Shown one piece after another: positions 50,160 through 63,016 of a stretch of 64,000 nt of DNA (its first letter is position 1; each line of letters opens with the position of its first letter). Location of the stretch: positions 297,476,001-297,540,000 of the forward strand of contig OZ024740.1 of assembly GCA_964016885.1 (NCBI GenBank), read 5' to 3'. Both the position numbers and the translations under genes were made by a program. This DNA is from Eledone cirrhosa (Eukaryota). The notes under the pieces were generated by a model that worked only from the letters and a program-made list of their open reading frames with translations, made no database searches and had not been told where the DNA came from.

Positions 50160-51154
50160 TATAATTAATTAATTTTTATTAATATTTATTTATACATATG
50201 TGTATGTGTATATATATATATGTATATGTATGTGTGTGGGTGAGAGTTATGTGTGTGCATGCCTACCCACGCAGTTTTGATTGCAGATATGCATAATTTT
50301 AACAGAATGTTAAATGCATGAATGGTAATCGTATATATGAAGGCATGAATGTTAATCGTATATATTTATGTATATATACTGTGAACTTTTTATAACACAA
50401 GGAATGTATAGCAGTGATTAAGAGAAATCATTTGTGTTTTGTATGTCTATATTGTAGGCTTGAGTAGATATAATTTCTATTTTCAGGATGTGCGTATATA
50501 TATATATATATTTGTGTATCTTTGCCGTAAAATAGTGGTTTCTCTAGCAATGTGTACATTTTGGATGCTTAAATTCAAATTTTAGTATATTGATCTCAAT
50601 TTTTAAACTAAACATATAATCATTATTAAACAATGTTTAATTTCTCATATTATATATTTATGTCCCATTCATGAATATTAATATTTATATTTTTATTATT
50701 CATTTCATATAAATTGTTAACTCAACTTAATATGACATGACGTAAAGTTTTCATTATCTCCCCCTCTCTCTATATATTATTTCTCTCTCTTGAGTCCTTC
50801 TATCTGTCTGATGATTTGATATCTCTCTGTTGCTTTCCTCTGTTTTTCTTATTTCTTCCTTTTTTCTTTTTTCTTTCTTTCCTCCTGTCTTTATTTATCT
50901 CTTCCTTTTTTCTCCACGCATTTCTCTCTCTCCGATATTTCTCCACGTTTTTTTCTTTTTCTTTTTTCTTTGTTTTTTCTCTCTTTTTTTTCTCTCTCCG
51001 TCTTTTTTCTTTCTCTCCGTCTTTTTCTAATTGTCCTTAACACTAAGACTTATTAAAATAATATAAACAATTCACTATCCAGATGGCCTCCAAAAATAAT
51101 GGTCGCATTTTAAAAGGGTTCGTCAAAGCTTATTTGTAAAACTGTTATATATTG

Positions 51155-51219
51155 TATTTTGTCTGATGAAGGCATACCATAATTTAATTTGGTATCCCTG
51201 AAATATGTATAATGAAATA
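51155..51219 (+). ncRNA. Type-I hammerhead ribozyme in the pLTR
   Basis: TATTTTGT-CTGATGA-AGGCATACCA...TGGTATCCCT-GAAA-TATGT-ATA|ATGAAATA; inverse copy at 47584-47648. Confidence 0.75.
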
Positions 51220-51348
51220 AATATGGTTTTATAAATATAGTTTTCATTTGTAATATCGTATATCTACTCCAAATACTTGTCGAGTGCTTTATATCAGTTA
51301 TAAAAATATTTAGTTGTTGTATCCCAACAATTTAAATAGAACTTTTGC

Positions 51349-51410
<62 letters not shown>

Positions 51411-51628
51411 CAAAGAAGGTGTGGTAGGATATCAGGCGGACCATAACGCACCAGAGTACTCGATACTTAGGGTAGTAGAGCGGGTAATAGGAAAAGAGTC
51501 AGGACCCCGACGGCTGAGCTCCGGCCGTTTCGACAGCTAGATCCGAACAGTACGTTATGGTCCACCAGGTATCCTACCACACCTTCTTTGTTATATATAT
51601 ATAGATATATATATATATAGATATATAG

Positions 51629-51705
<77 letters not shown>

Positions 51706-51845
51706 TGTTCACTAACTATTTGTTTATCATATGTTTCACACGATAATAAATGCATAAAGCAATAAGTGTATCTCTTTTGTTTTGGATTGTTGTTTCGTAA
51801 CAATTTTAAATTCGATTATAAATTATAACATTAATTACTACTTAC

Positions 51846-52028
51846 TGTCATATACACATCGTATGATTTTATTGTTCCAAATTGTTCTGTCTGGACATTT
51901 CATCGGAACCAATTGACCCTGACTACACTGGAAGAACCAGGAGAGAGATCCCAATACAGGGTAGTAACCGCCTTGTTGACATAGTTCACAGTCTGTGTTG
52001 TTAGTATCGATAATGCATAAAGACGTCG
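51846..52028 (-). CDS. Exon 5: CBM14-like domain 2 (absent from the ORF track)
   Basis: Acceptor cttcaattttgtag, donor gtaagt; 183 nt; ATSLCIIDTNNTDCELCQQGGYYPVLGSLSWFFQCSQGQLVPMKCPDRTIWNNKIIRCVYD. Confidence 0.92.
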
Positions 52029-52682
52029 CTACAAAATTGAAGATGACATCATATGAATCAATTTGATGTTAAAGTTGAAGAGAATGATAATTTCTAATTA
52101 AATTAACCTCAGTGCATTACTGGTAACTTGTTTTATCGACTCCGTGGGATTTGAAATCAGAACGCAAAGAACCGTAACTCTATGCCACGAAGCGTGTTGT
52201 CCGACGCTCTACCGATACTGCATATTAAAAATTTGAATAGAATAATGAAATATCAAAACCTCTCGATATGTGATATCCAAAATATTAATTAGTGTTATTC
52301 AACCAAATATAAGATGTCAAATTTATAGAGTTGTTAAAGTATCGGATTAATTATGCCTCAGTAGTGTTTTCAGTAAATGTAACATCTTTGTGGTAGACGT
52401 AGCATGGCTGATGCCTTGTATCTTGAGTGAGCAAGTGTAGTTTGGGTTGACACATGCCTTGTGAGTGAAGTTCGGTAGACGGAAACTGTTTGGAAGCCCG
52501 ATGGTTGGACTGTGCAGGTTAAATTGTTGGAGCAACTGGAACACTCATCGTTGAAACCGATTGATGTCAACACACTCTATCCGTTCTAATCAGTGCCTAA
52601 ACGACAACAGCAATACTGTCTACTGTTTTTTTTAGCTACGCTAACACAGGTAGTGTTTTTATCAATAAATATTGTACTATAC

Positions 52683-52751
52683 CATTCGGATTGATGGTCT
52701 CCAGCCCTCTTGATCCATTGTAGTAGTTGGTAGAATTGAAAGAGTAGACTT
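52683..52751 (-). CDS. Exon 4 (linker)
   Basis: Acceptor catttaatttcag, donor gtatag; 69 nt, phase 1-1; EVYSFNSTNYYNGSRGLETINPN. Confidence 0.78.
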
Positions 52752-53029
52752 CTGAAATTAAATGAATTTCCATTAATCTTCTTGATAAAAAAAACTCTCT
52801 TAACTCTTTAGCATTTACATTACTTTATATTTACTATTGTATTTTCACGGTAAAAGCTTTACCTTACATAATTATCTCACGTAATGTCGAAGCTATGAGA
52901 TTTTGATGTTATTTATATTTGTACACAAGCATACACACACACACATATTTATATGTGCGTGGTTTTGTATACCCATGGTAAGGTTTTGCGTATGCTTGTG
53001 TATGTACGTATCTGTTTGCGTGTATGTAT

Positions 53030-53615
53030 TTATTTGTTTCTATTACTTCTGTATTGTATTTATTTACTTTGTTCTTAACTCTGTAGCGGAGATTCATTTG
53101 GTCTCCTAGTTAGAATTTTAGTCTACAACTTCTGCTATACCATTTACGTGGTTTTGTCTTTGCGTGCTATTGTTCTCCACGCTCCACATATGACTTATTA
53201 TCTTCGTTTTTTCGTTCATTGCCAGAGAACGTCTCTATGCACCACCTAAGAGAACATTAGTCTACGACCTCTTTTATACCATAAACGCGGTTCTGTCTTT
53301 GCGCGTAATTGTTTTTCACCGCTCCTATTAATGACGTATTATTCGTTTTTTCCCGTTCTTTGCCAGCGAACGTTTCCACGAACCAAAGTATCGCCTTCCT
53401 GTCTTCCTCCGGTTGCAACGTTTTTTGAAATATCCAGTTCTGCGTTTACAGATTGACTTTGTTAGTTTCAGAAAATCCCGTTAAGGGTGAAAGCAGCGAT
53501 TCTTTGCTTAAACTTTAATCTGTTATTTTAATAAATATTTGCTCTACGGTTCTTATATATTTGATATATATTTTCCTTATCGAGCCCTCTTTGGATTTTA
53601 GTCTTCAATTTTATT
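53030..53615 (+). mobile_element. PLE-like pLTR remnant (family of 7035-7775)
   Basis: Matches the reverse complement of 7035-7560 plus the forward tail of 7620-7775; the HHR core is mutated to CAGAAAA; ends in (TA)n. Confidence 0.75.
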
Positions 53616-53620
53616 ATTAT

Positions 53621-53698
<78 letters not shown>

Positions 53699-54435
53699 GA
53701 AAATAAACGTGCTGCGGCGTTGCTAATGGGTTATATATGAATAAAGTTAGTCCTTCATCAGTGATCTTCCAACCATCATTGGTATTTCATCGCTTTAAAG
53801 ACCATATACCTCCGGTTGGTGCGAGCAACCGCTAAAAAAAGTCGCTGGGACACGTAAATAAAGTGGACAAGAGTGTGAGCAACGAAAAGTGAGGAAGAAG
53901 AAGTCAAATCCCAAATTTCTATGAATTTAAATTCGGTGAAATCGTGAACGAGAGAGAATAAAGACCATCAAACCTGGTTGGAATGTAAGCAAGGAAGGAA
54001 TTCCGTACAGGTCTAACGGGAGAAAGAAGGGATCTAGTCTGTGATTTCGGTGAACGTGAGTTCTGTGAAATCGTAGACGAGAGAGAGAAAAAGAACGACC
54101 TGCTAGACCAAGAGTGCGAAAGAAAAGAATTACGCACAGGTCAAACAGGAAGAAGGAGGAGGAGGAGAGGTAGTAACAGAGAATGAGTGAGGGAAGGGTG
54201 AGGAAGAGGCTAACAGAGAGAATGACTGCTAGAGAGGGTAAAGATACAGAGAAAGAGGAAGCGGTAAGAACGAAATAGACGTGTAACAGCGGAGAAAAAA
54301 ATATGTGTAAATATGAAAATAAACGTGCTGCCGCGTTGCTAATGGGTTACATATGAATAAAGTTAGTCCTTCATCAGTGATCATATTTGTGAAAAGATGG
54401 TTATTAGAAAGAGCAGTCCCACATCGATGCATATA

Positions 54436-54467
<32 letters not shown>

Positions 54468-55254
54468 TCTATTTACACACACACACATATACACACACAC
54501 ACATATATTATATGCAGATATATACTTATATGTTATAGTAAAGCCCGCATTACTTGTGTAAAACGTCCATCATGCTGGAAAATGGGTGGTGAGAATGTGA
54601 GCAAGAGAAAGAAAGATAGATAGATAGATAGATAATTGTTTCCACTTTTGGCACAAGGCCATCAATTAACCAGTACATTACTGGTACTTTATTTTATCGA
54701 CCCCGTAAGGATGAAAGGCAAAGTTAACCTCGTCGGGATTTGAACTCAGACCGTAAAGGGACGTAACTATGCTGGAAAGCATGGCGTCCGACCCTCCACC
54801 GATACTGCCAATCCAAAAGATAATGGTAGTGACCGTGCTGGTAGCCACACCGACAATTTTTTTTTTGTTTTCAATCCCCGGCTATTTTTATGAAAAGGGG
54901 ATTGTAAAAGCGTATACCAGTGTGAGAGACAGCTGTAACATATCTTTATGGAAAGGGGATAGTGTATGTGAGAGAGAGAGACAGTGTGTCTGGGTGAGAG
55001 AGAGAGAGGGGGGGGGGAGCAGTAATAAGTATTTATGGAAAGAGGATGGTAAGAGTGTATATGTGAAATTTATTTTAAATTCCGGGTGATTATATTATTT
55101 CTGTGTATATATACAACTTATAAATAAATATAAATGTATATTGATCTTCAATGCTTGGTAGTTATCTCTAATTATGGTTAACACGTATGGTTAACACGTG
55201 GTCAGCTATTATTACTTAATTTTGAAAAAAAAATTTTTCAATGTTCATTCTCAC

Positions 55255-55437
55255 CTTCGTAGATACATTTTAACGATTCTCCATGCCATATTGTACTTTC
55301 TGGGCATTGCATGAGAAACAGTATCCCATGACTGCATTGGTAAAACTCAGCAATGGAATCGAATTTGGGGTAATAACCACCCTTTTCGCATTCGCTACAT
55401 TCTGTGTTGTTGACTTCACTGATGCACAAGTTCGTTG
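55255..55437 (-). CDS. Exon 3: CBM14-like domain 1
   Basis: Acceptor tttcatttcacag, donor gtgaga; 183 nt; TTNLCISEVNNTECSECEKGGYYPKFDSIAEFYQCSHGILFLMQCPESTIWHGESLKCIYE, with the FYxCxxG...CP..T.W......C chitin-binding type-2 signature. Confidence 0.92.
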
Positions 55438-55658
55438 CTGTGAAATGAAAGCACATAAAAGTTAGATTACAGTTTAACAGATATCTATATTTCTACGTTA
55501 TTGTGAGAAATGTTTGGAATTAAGCTAATGTGGTTATAAGAACATTAATACTATTAGATTAGAAATAAAAATTAGTGGTTAAAATAAAGCTGGGATCACG
55601 TAAAAACCCCCGCTCAGAAATTATTACGACTGGGGGAATATCTAATGAAAATATAGCG

Positions 55659-55882
55659 TACCGGAGTGCTGAAAAGTTCCTGGCTTAATGGTATTGCAAA
55701 AGGATAATGTTGTTACCTTTACAGGGAAGGTAGGACCGCTGCAATAAGTGTGTGAAACTGAGAGGGGAATATGTTGAATAAAATCATAATTAACTAATCC
55801 TCCTGTATTTTCTATTAACTGATCCCCCTGTATTTTCTTTCAACTGATCTTTTACACAAAGTCAGGAATATTTCAGCAGTAG
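55659..55882. mobile_element. Mariner-derived non-autonomous remnant
   Basis: TIR-like tgctgaaaagttcctggct / agtcaggaatatttcagca; mariner 3' motif KCVKLRGEYVE*. Confidence 0.6.
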
Positions 55883-56358
55883 ATATAAATATTGTAAATT
55901 TTCTGGTAAGATTTAATCTTATTAACAACTTCTTATCTGTGAATTTTTCTGAACTAAAATATATGTTTTACTGGTAGTATTTTTTCTATGAAGACGGATA
56001 TGTCTAGGATGTATTAGAAGTCAGAATATACACCTACAATGCTATTAACTGTTATATTACATTCCTGTATAGCTATGGACATCTACTGACGTTTAGGCGA
56101 TAAATTAATCGAATTGTGTGAAAATTATAAACAGAAACATGAAGGCAATAACAACAACCACACATAAACACACACTAGTGATCTAAGATAGAATATAAAT
56201 ATACAAATGCAATAAGAACACCCACAGACAAAGTTTATTTAGACGTTCAAGTTACGATTTTCCTTATAAGGAACCGCTAACGTGTAGTAACGTCACTTGA
56301 AATTTGTAATAGACACACAAATACACACAGGAACACACTTTGGCCCGCGCACGCACGC

Positions 56359-56420
<62 letters not shown>

Positions 56421-56558
56421 ACACATACACACGCACGCACGCACGCACACACACATACATACACACACACACACACATGCTAACACATACCGTCATACAT
56501 ATATTTCTCACATAGACTTACGCGTTAGATAGTAACATTGTAATATACAAATACTTAC

Positions 56559-56612
56559 TTAGTGGATCCACCGGGTCTCTTGTCGGCCATATATCTTCTG
56601 TGTCATTAGCTT
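56559..56612 (-). CDS. Exon 2 (linker) of the chitin-binding protein
   Basis: Acceptor tttctatttcag, donor gtaagt; 54 nt, phase 1-1; EANDTEDIWPTRDPVDPL. Confidence 0.8.
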   Translation of the reverse strand, partial: KLMTQKIYGRQETRWIH

Positions 56613-56984
56613 CTGAAATAGAAAAATGTGTGTATGTGTATATATATATGTGTGTATGTGTGCAAGAATGCATACGTACACATATATATATATATACACA
56701 TACATATATATGTGTACGTATGGATTATATCGAATATTGATAATGGTGTCTTATATATGCACAAGGCCAGCAATTTTGGGGGAGGGGAAAGTCGATTAAA
56801 TCCAACCCAGGGCGTGACTGGTACTTTATTTTATCGACCCCATAAGGATGAAATGCAAAGTTAACCTCGGTGGGATTTGAACTAAGATCATAAAGGGCCG
56901 AAACTCTATGTTGAAAAGCATGGCGCCCGACCCTCTATTGATACTGCCAATCCACCGCCATTATACCGAATATTAATAATAATA

Positions 56985-57469
56985 TTCGATTCGTTTGTCA
57001 ACAAACGGCCCGATTAAAGCTGTGTCGTGCCGATGAAAAATCGTCATCCGTTTGTTCAAACTGGCATTGAGGAATAATCATCATGTTTCTGGGTCATTAC
57101 TCTTCATCAGGACAGTATACCTCTCTGCCAATCTGTTGAATAGTTGAAAATATATAGTATTTTCTTAAGTACACATCAGCTGAGTAGCCTCATTTGCATA
57201 CTGAGCCAGTTACGGCTGACCTTGACGAAAACTAAAAATAAAATTATAACTTTTTTACTCGCCCTAGCACAGCTGATACATAAATGTAAGTATGCATATG
57301 TACACACATAAATATATATATATATGTATGAGCGGGGTTTTTTACGTGATCCCAGCTTTATTTTAACCACTATTTTTTATTTCTAATCTAATAGTATTAA
57401 TATAACCACATTAGCTTAATTCCAAACATTTCTCACAATAACGTAGAAATATCGATATCTGTTAAACTG

Positions 57470-57508
<39 letters not shown>

Positions 57509-57954
57509 CATATATATATATTTATGTGTGTCTAGTGGTAGCTAAGATGCTTCCATAGGCGGTATGCCGGTTGAGCACTCTATGCTCTTACAGAGCAGAG
57601 TATGATATAATATAAAACTAAAAATCAGTGATGCATCTGAACTCAATTTATTGTGTGTTACAATTGTTTCGCCGGCGGACAGCTCGAGACACGATCATTG
57701 TGTGGATCTGTCTGATTCTGGATCCGCAGGTTCAACGGACACGTCTAATGATTTCGGAGCATATTCTTTCACGAGAATAGTAGTGAGAGAATATGCTCCG
57801 AAATCATTAGACGTGTCCGTCGAACCTGCGGGTCCAGAATCAAACAGATTCGATCCACGATCCACACAATGATCACGTCTCGAGCTGTCCGCCGCCGAAA
57901 CAATTGTAACACACAATAAATTGAGTTCAGATGCATCACTGATTTTTAGTTTTC

Positions 57955-58039
<85 letters not shown>

Positions 58040-58525
58040 TTTATCCCGGGTTCAAGCGAGGGTAACCACAGTAAGTAAGGTACTCAATACACAGCAGAGT
58101 ATAAATATTTAATATAGAAAAGGCTTCTACAGGACTAGAACTGTTTCATTCGGGAGAAATCATCATATATATATATATATATATTAATATTAATATATTC
58201 ATATTAATAATAATGTTCGATTCGTCTGTAAACAAACGGCCCGATTAAAGCTGTGCCGTGCCGATGACAAATCGTCATCCGTTTGTTCAACACTGGCTTT
58301 GAGGAACAATTATAATCTTATTTTTAGTTTTCGTCAAGGTCAGCCGTAACTGGCTCGGTATGCAAATGAGGCTACTCAGCTGATGTATACTTAAGAAGAT
58401 ACTATATATTTTCAACTATTCAACAGATTGGCAGAGAGGTATACTGTCCTGATGAAGAGTAATGACCCAGAAACATGGTGATTGTTCCTCAATGCCAGTG
58501 TTGAAACAAACGGATGACGAATTTG
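56985..58525. mobile_element. Two dispersed, diverged relatives of the tandem-array unit (56985-57300; 58215-58525 with an internal inversion), with a palindrome (57595-57955) between them
   Basis: Share ttcg..tgt.aacaaac, tcatcag.....gtatacc..tctgcca, gctgag.agcct.atttgcata and taaatgtaagtatg with the 2351-6187 unit. Confidence 0.75.
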
Positions 58526-59158
58526 AAATAGCGAAATCGTATACGTGTTAGTATTCGTAGGCTATACAATAGGTATGGTATTATGTGGTGGTATGTAGTA
58601 TAGAGATGGTGTGGAGTAGAATAGTATGGTATGGTATAGTATGGTCCCATAACTCCTGGTGGAGTCGTAAGGACACCGTATAACATACGGCAATTCTGGG
58701 GCATTTTAAGCCTGTTGGAGCCCATTCCTCTCTAGGCCTGATTACAGCAGATTTCTTTTTGCAGAGAAAGATAGAAAGTGAGAGAGAGGAAATGACAAAG
58801 AGATATAGATGAAGAAGTGACTCGGGTATTGGACGGGTACTTTTTTTATTGACCTCGAAAGGATGAAAGCCAAAGTTGACCATGGCGGCATTTGAACTCA
58901 GAGAGAAGAGAGCCAGAATGAATATCATAAAGCACTCTACACGATGTTCTAACGACGCTCCCAATTCGCCGCCTAAAGTAGTATAGGTGTCTTGTATTGT
59001 GTGGGAGAAAAACGAGAAAGAAATCAAATTAAAGAGGTTGAAAATCAGTTGAATTTCTTGAGTATTTCCTCTTAGCAACAAATGTATAAACATAAAGGAA
59101 TAATATAATATATCAGCTCTCTTCCCGATTACTAGTTTCTTTTTGTCCTTGTTCACAC

Positions 59159-59216
59159 CTACTGCTAACAATGAACTTAAGCAAATGGAATAACAGCCAA
59201 TCCCACTGAGAGCCAT
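59159..59216 (-). CDS. Exon 1 (signal peptide) of a secreted five-domain CBM14/peritrophin-A-like chitin-binding protein
   Basis: ATG at 59216 reads MALSGIGCYSICLSSLLAV, then a phase-1 donor G|gtgtga. Joined to exon 2 it gives ...LLAVEA|NDT, a plausible signal peptidase site. The donor is weaker than the others. Confidence 0.65.
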
Positions 59217-59269
59217 TATACCAGACCCTTGTCAAAGAGATACTCAGCCCACACGGTATCAAAGTATGA

Positions 59270-59282
59270 CATATATATAGGT
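59270..59282 (-). promoter_or_regulatory. Possible TATA box of the chitin-binding protein gene
   Basis: cctatatatatg lies about 55 nt upstream of the exon-1 ATG. TA runs are everywhere in this window, so the evidence is weak. Confidence 0.25.
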
Positions 59283-59474
59283 TACGAAGACCGCTAATTG
59301 CCATAACTTGAACGTAAACAAATACACACCAATTCAATATTTTCCACGAACTCGAACAAACACAAGCCATAAATCTACATTTAACCCTACTCACCCAACT
59401 TATTCCGCCCTTGTCTAAGTAAAAATGAAACGTTTCCTTCAAAACCACACACATACACACACACACACACACAG

Positions 59475-59505
<31 letters not shown>

Positions 59506-59696
59506 GATATATATATATATAAATGTATAAATGCATATATATATATATAAATACTTAGGTTAATAGGAGTTAGGTATTGTATACCCGTGTCCCATTAAGG
59601 TATTGGCAGCATAATAATTAGCTCTATGCTTTGGAGCAGAGCCGTATATATGATAAAGAACACAAGAGCGTCTACAACATCAAAAGATTTTTATTG

Positions 59697-59741
59697 GCTT
59701 ACAATGTTTCTTCCTTACGTAACCGTAGGATTCGTCAGAGC
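59697..59741 (-). ncRNA. Type-I hammerhead ribozyme at the 3' end of a degenerate PLE-like remnant
   Basis: GCT-CTGACGA-A-TCCTACG-GTTA-CGTAAGGA-A-GAAAC-ATT-GTA|AGC; (TA)n begins about 170 nt downstream. Confidence 0.75.
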
Positions 59742-60959
59742 TATAAAAGGGGTTTGATTGGTGTTATGGACTCTACCAACCAAACATTCAAGAACAAAGA
59801 GTAAAGAGAGTAAAGAGCAAAAGTAGGGGACGATAAGTCTAATTTTGGTGCGGGAGGGTGGGGTGTGGGTCCTTGTTTACTAGCTGCGGTCATATTCATT
59901 CCCGGGAGTCGAGTGGTTAGCTGAACCATAGATGGGGTGGCGTCGATAGTATGGTGCAGAGGGTGTGCAGAGGCTACACAAACACAAAGGGCATACAATA
60001 TATATATATATATAACGGAGGAGAAAGTACATGAGGTAATTAGAAATGGAAAAAGAGTAATAATAATAATCTATAATTAATAGTGTATAATAAGGCATGG
60101 GGAAGATTACACTATAATAAGGTATAGAAGTAAGAATAAGGTAAAATATAAAGGAGGATAAAAGTGGAAATAATAAAGATAAAAAAATATATATGTAAAA
60201 AAAATATATATATAGAGAATATATAAAGAAATATAAGCGAATATTTGGAGGGGAAAACACAATGTAAAAAAAACGATTTTTTCAAATAAAAATAAAAATA
60301 AAAATATTATAATTATGGGGGGAGAAAACGGAATAGAGAAATATGATCAAATGTGATTAGTTGAGAGAATATAAGATGATAATAGTTATGTCAAGTTTAT
60401 ACATCTTAATATTAAATAATCTGTGTATCAGAGTTACAGAACCTTCAATTCACTTACAGGTTCAAGCCACGTGGCATAGTCCGTTGTTTATCTGTGCGGT
60501 CATGCGCGTTTGTTTTTGACACCACAGCAGATGCACAAGTTCGTAAATTCCAATGCAGATAGAAATCTATTTTTGCTCACCCGGACATTGACGGAGGATC
60601 CGATATTCCTAGTTCAATATGTGTGTGGTGTTATTTTGGTCGCACAAATCAATCACTTGGTTCAATATTATGGAGTATGGTTTTCTGGTCTTCGTAACAG
60701 TGTCAGTGGTTGTATATCTCGAAATCACAAGGATCACAGTACTCCGGTTTGGTGTGATTATCGGTCATCCAGCTATGTTGTTGGTGGTTGGATTCAATTC
60801 TATTAGCCCGAACGTTGAACTTTGGTGTCGATAGAACATTAACGAGGCAGGGTGAGATCGCATCTGTGGTACAAAACGGTACGCAAGGAAATTCTTCGTC
60901 TTCGTTTCATCCGGGTCCAGCAGTCACGTGCAAGAACCGCTACGTAGTAATTGTGGGGT

Positions 60960-61290
60960 TAATCGGTCAGGTCAGCAACTGACCGAAAATTCTCTTAGGA
61001 ATTCAGAGAGGCATGACAGGCACATTTAGGTCAGCAGCTTCTTTATGTGTACGTGTGTCCGACATACACAGACACACATTTATATGTATTTCAACTCAAA
61101 AAACTCAATTGATTCACCCACTGGTACTACAATCGGTCAAGACAGCAACTGGCCGAAAATTCCCTTAGGAATTCAGACAGGCATGACAGGTACATTTAGG
61201 TCAGCAGCTTCTTTATGTGTACGTGTGTCCGATACACACAGACACATATCCATATGTATTTCAACTCAAAAAATTCAGTTGATTCACCTA
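60960..61290. repeat. ~170-bp direct tandem duplication
   Basis: aatcggtca.g.cagcaactg.ccgaaaattc...gattcacc occurs at ~60961 and ~61131. Confidence 0.85.
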
Positions 61291-61426
61291 TTGATATTAT
61301 ATCTGTGTTGCTCAGATGTGCATGTTGTGGTGTTCTGGTCGTGCATAGCATTCACTATGTTTTGCCATTACCTTGGAATGCTACACGAGAATGCTGAGGA
61401 TGGCTCTGAACATTATTCAGTATATG

Positions 61427-61505
<79 letters not shown>

Positions 61506-62984
61506 ATATATGAAGAAAGTGCTCAAGCGTATAAATACTATAAAGACAGCTTATAAAATAGGGTGAACACCCTTAAAAATGGAAAATATTGTAATATATT
61601 ATTTTTAAGTTTTAAATTTACGTATTTCAAAATATTAGGGTAAAAGAAGTAATTCAAGGGATTATACCAGTGTTACAATTACTAAGTATAATTTTGACTT
61701 TGCGTAATTTTGACTTTGCTAAATATTATTGCTAAGTATATATAGTTGAATTAATACGTGCTTACTATATATACATATGTAATGTCTACTTATCTTATAA
61801 ACTTATCAAATATATGGCAATGAGATATATGATGATATTTAATAAAATTAATAAAATGAAATATCAATAGTAATCATATCAATAGTAATTATAATGAACT
61901 TGTGAAATATAAGTTATTAAGGTCAAAATTGAAGGAGAGTAGATAAGATAAGATATTGTATTAAATAAATTAATATATAGTGTTAATTTGGATTGGCAGT
62001 ATCGGTAGAGGGTCGGACGCCATGCTTTCCAGCATAGTTACGTCCCTTTACGATCTGAGTTCAAATCCCGCCGAGGTTGACTTTGCCTTTCATCCTTACG
62101 GGGTCGATAAAATAAAGTACCAGTAATGCACTGGGTAATTGCTGGCCTTGTGCCTAAAGTAGAAACAGTTAATTATATATCTGTATCATATACCATATAT
62201 AAATGTGGGAGACTACTGACAGATTATTAATTTATTATGAATTTAACATAAGATTAGGCGGTCAGTCTGAGGAAGGAACCCGCGGGGTGGGGTGGCTGTT
62301 GCAGCGGGGGTCGCTGGCCATTGTGTGCTGGAATGCTTTTGCGATATTGTCCACGGGGTGCAGCTTCTTTATAGCTGTGCCCTAGGGGCAGAAACGAATC
62401 ATCCTCCCCATTCTTCTGTGATACAAAAGTCCTCGCCACCCTCACCCCCTTTTCCGTTCTTTTCCTTTTTTTTTCTTTTTCTATTAAACTGTATTTACAT
62501 GATATATTCCATAAATAAAATATCTGATTTATTTAGAAAACTGGGAAAAGTACTAGTTGAAGTATCCATACATAGTTAAATTTATGTGTTTATGTTATAT
62601 GTCTAACTAATACATATTTATCCGATAAACTTCTCAGATATATGGCACGAATAGAATGAAATATCACTGGTTATATATTGTAGTATATATGATTATGGTA
62701 AAAAAATATATTAGATAAGATAGCATATTGTATTAATTAAATAAATGTATCATATAATCTATATAAATATTAAATACTAATGATAGATGATTAGATTGTT
62801 ATGAATTCAGTATACAATTAAGCACATTTGTCTAGATAATCTCTTATCCTTGAATTATATTGTGTGGGTCTGTGTGTGTGTGTGTGTGTGTGTGTGCGTA
62901 TGTGTGTGTGCATGTGTGTGTGCGTGTGTGTGTGTACAATTTATATATATGTTTATTTATATAAACAATATACATATATTGTAT

Positions 62985-63016
<32 letters not shown>

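Larger units (their letters stand above)
47542..51348 (+). mobile_element. 5'-truncated Penelope-like element with a ~1.05-kb inverted pLTR, inserted in (TA)n
   Basis: 47542-48592 is the reverse complement of 50181-51260; ~90-nt unpaired tail to 51348; HHR in both repeats. Confidence 0.92.
55466..57473. repeat. Inverted repeat pair (55466-55617 and 57329-57473) enclosing exon 2
   Basis: ~150-bp near-identical reverse complements, read directly. Confidence 0.85.

Noticed and set aside
53695-54385. ~70-bp direct repeats containing minus-strand CTGATGA
   Set aside because: No matching GAAA or stems; probably a pLTR fragment, but not supportable as a ribozyme or LTR.
58581-59158. Remainder of the 211-aa ORF after the signal peptide
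   Set aside because: It runs through a SINE and low-complexity DNA, so it is treated as intron 1.
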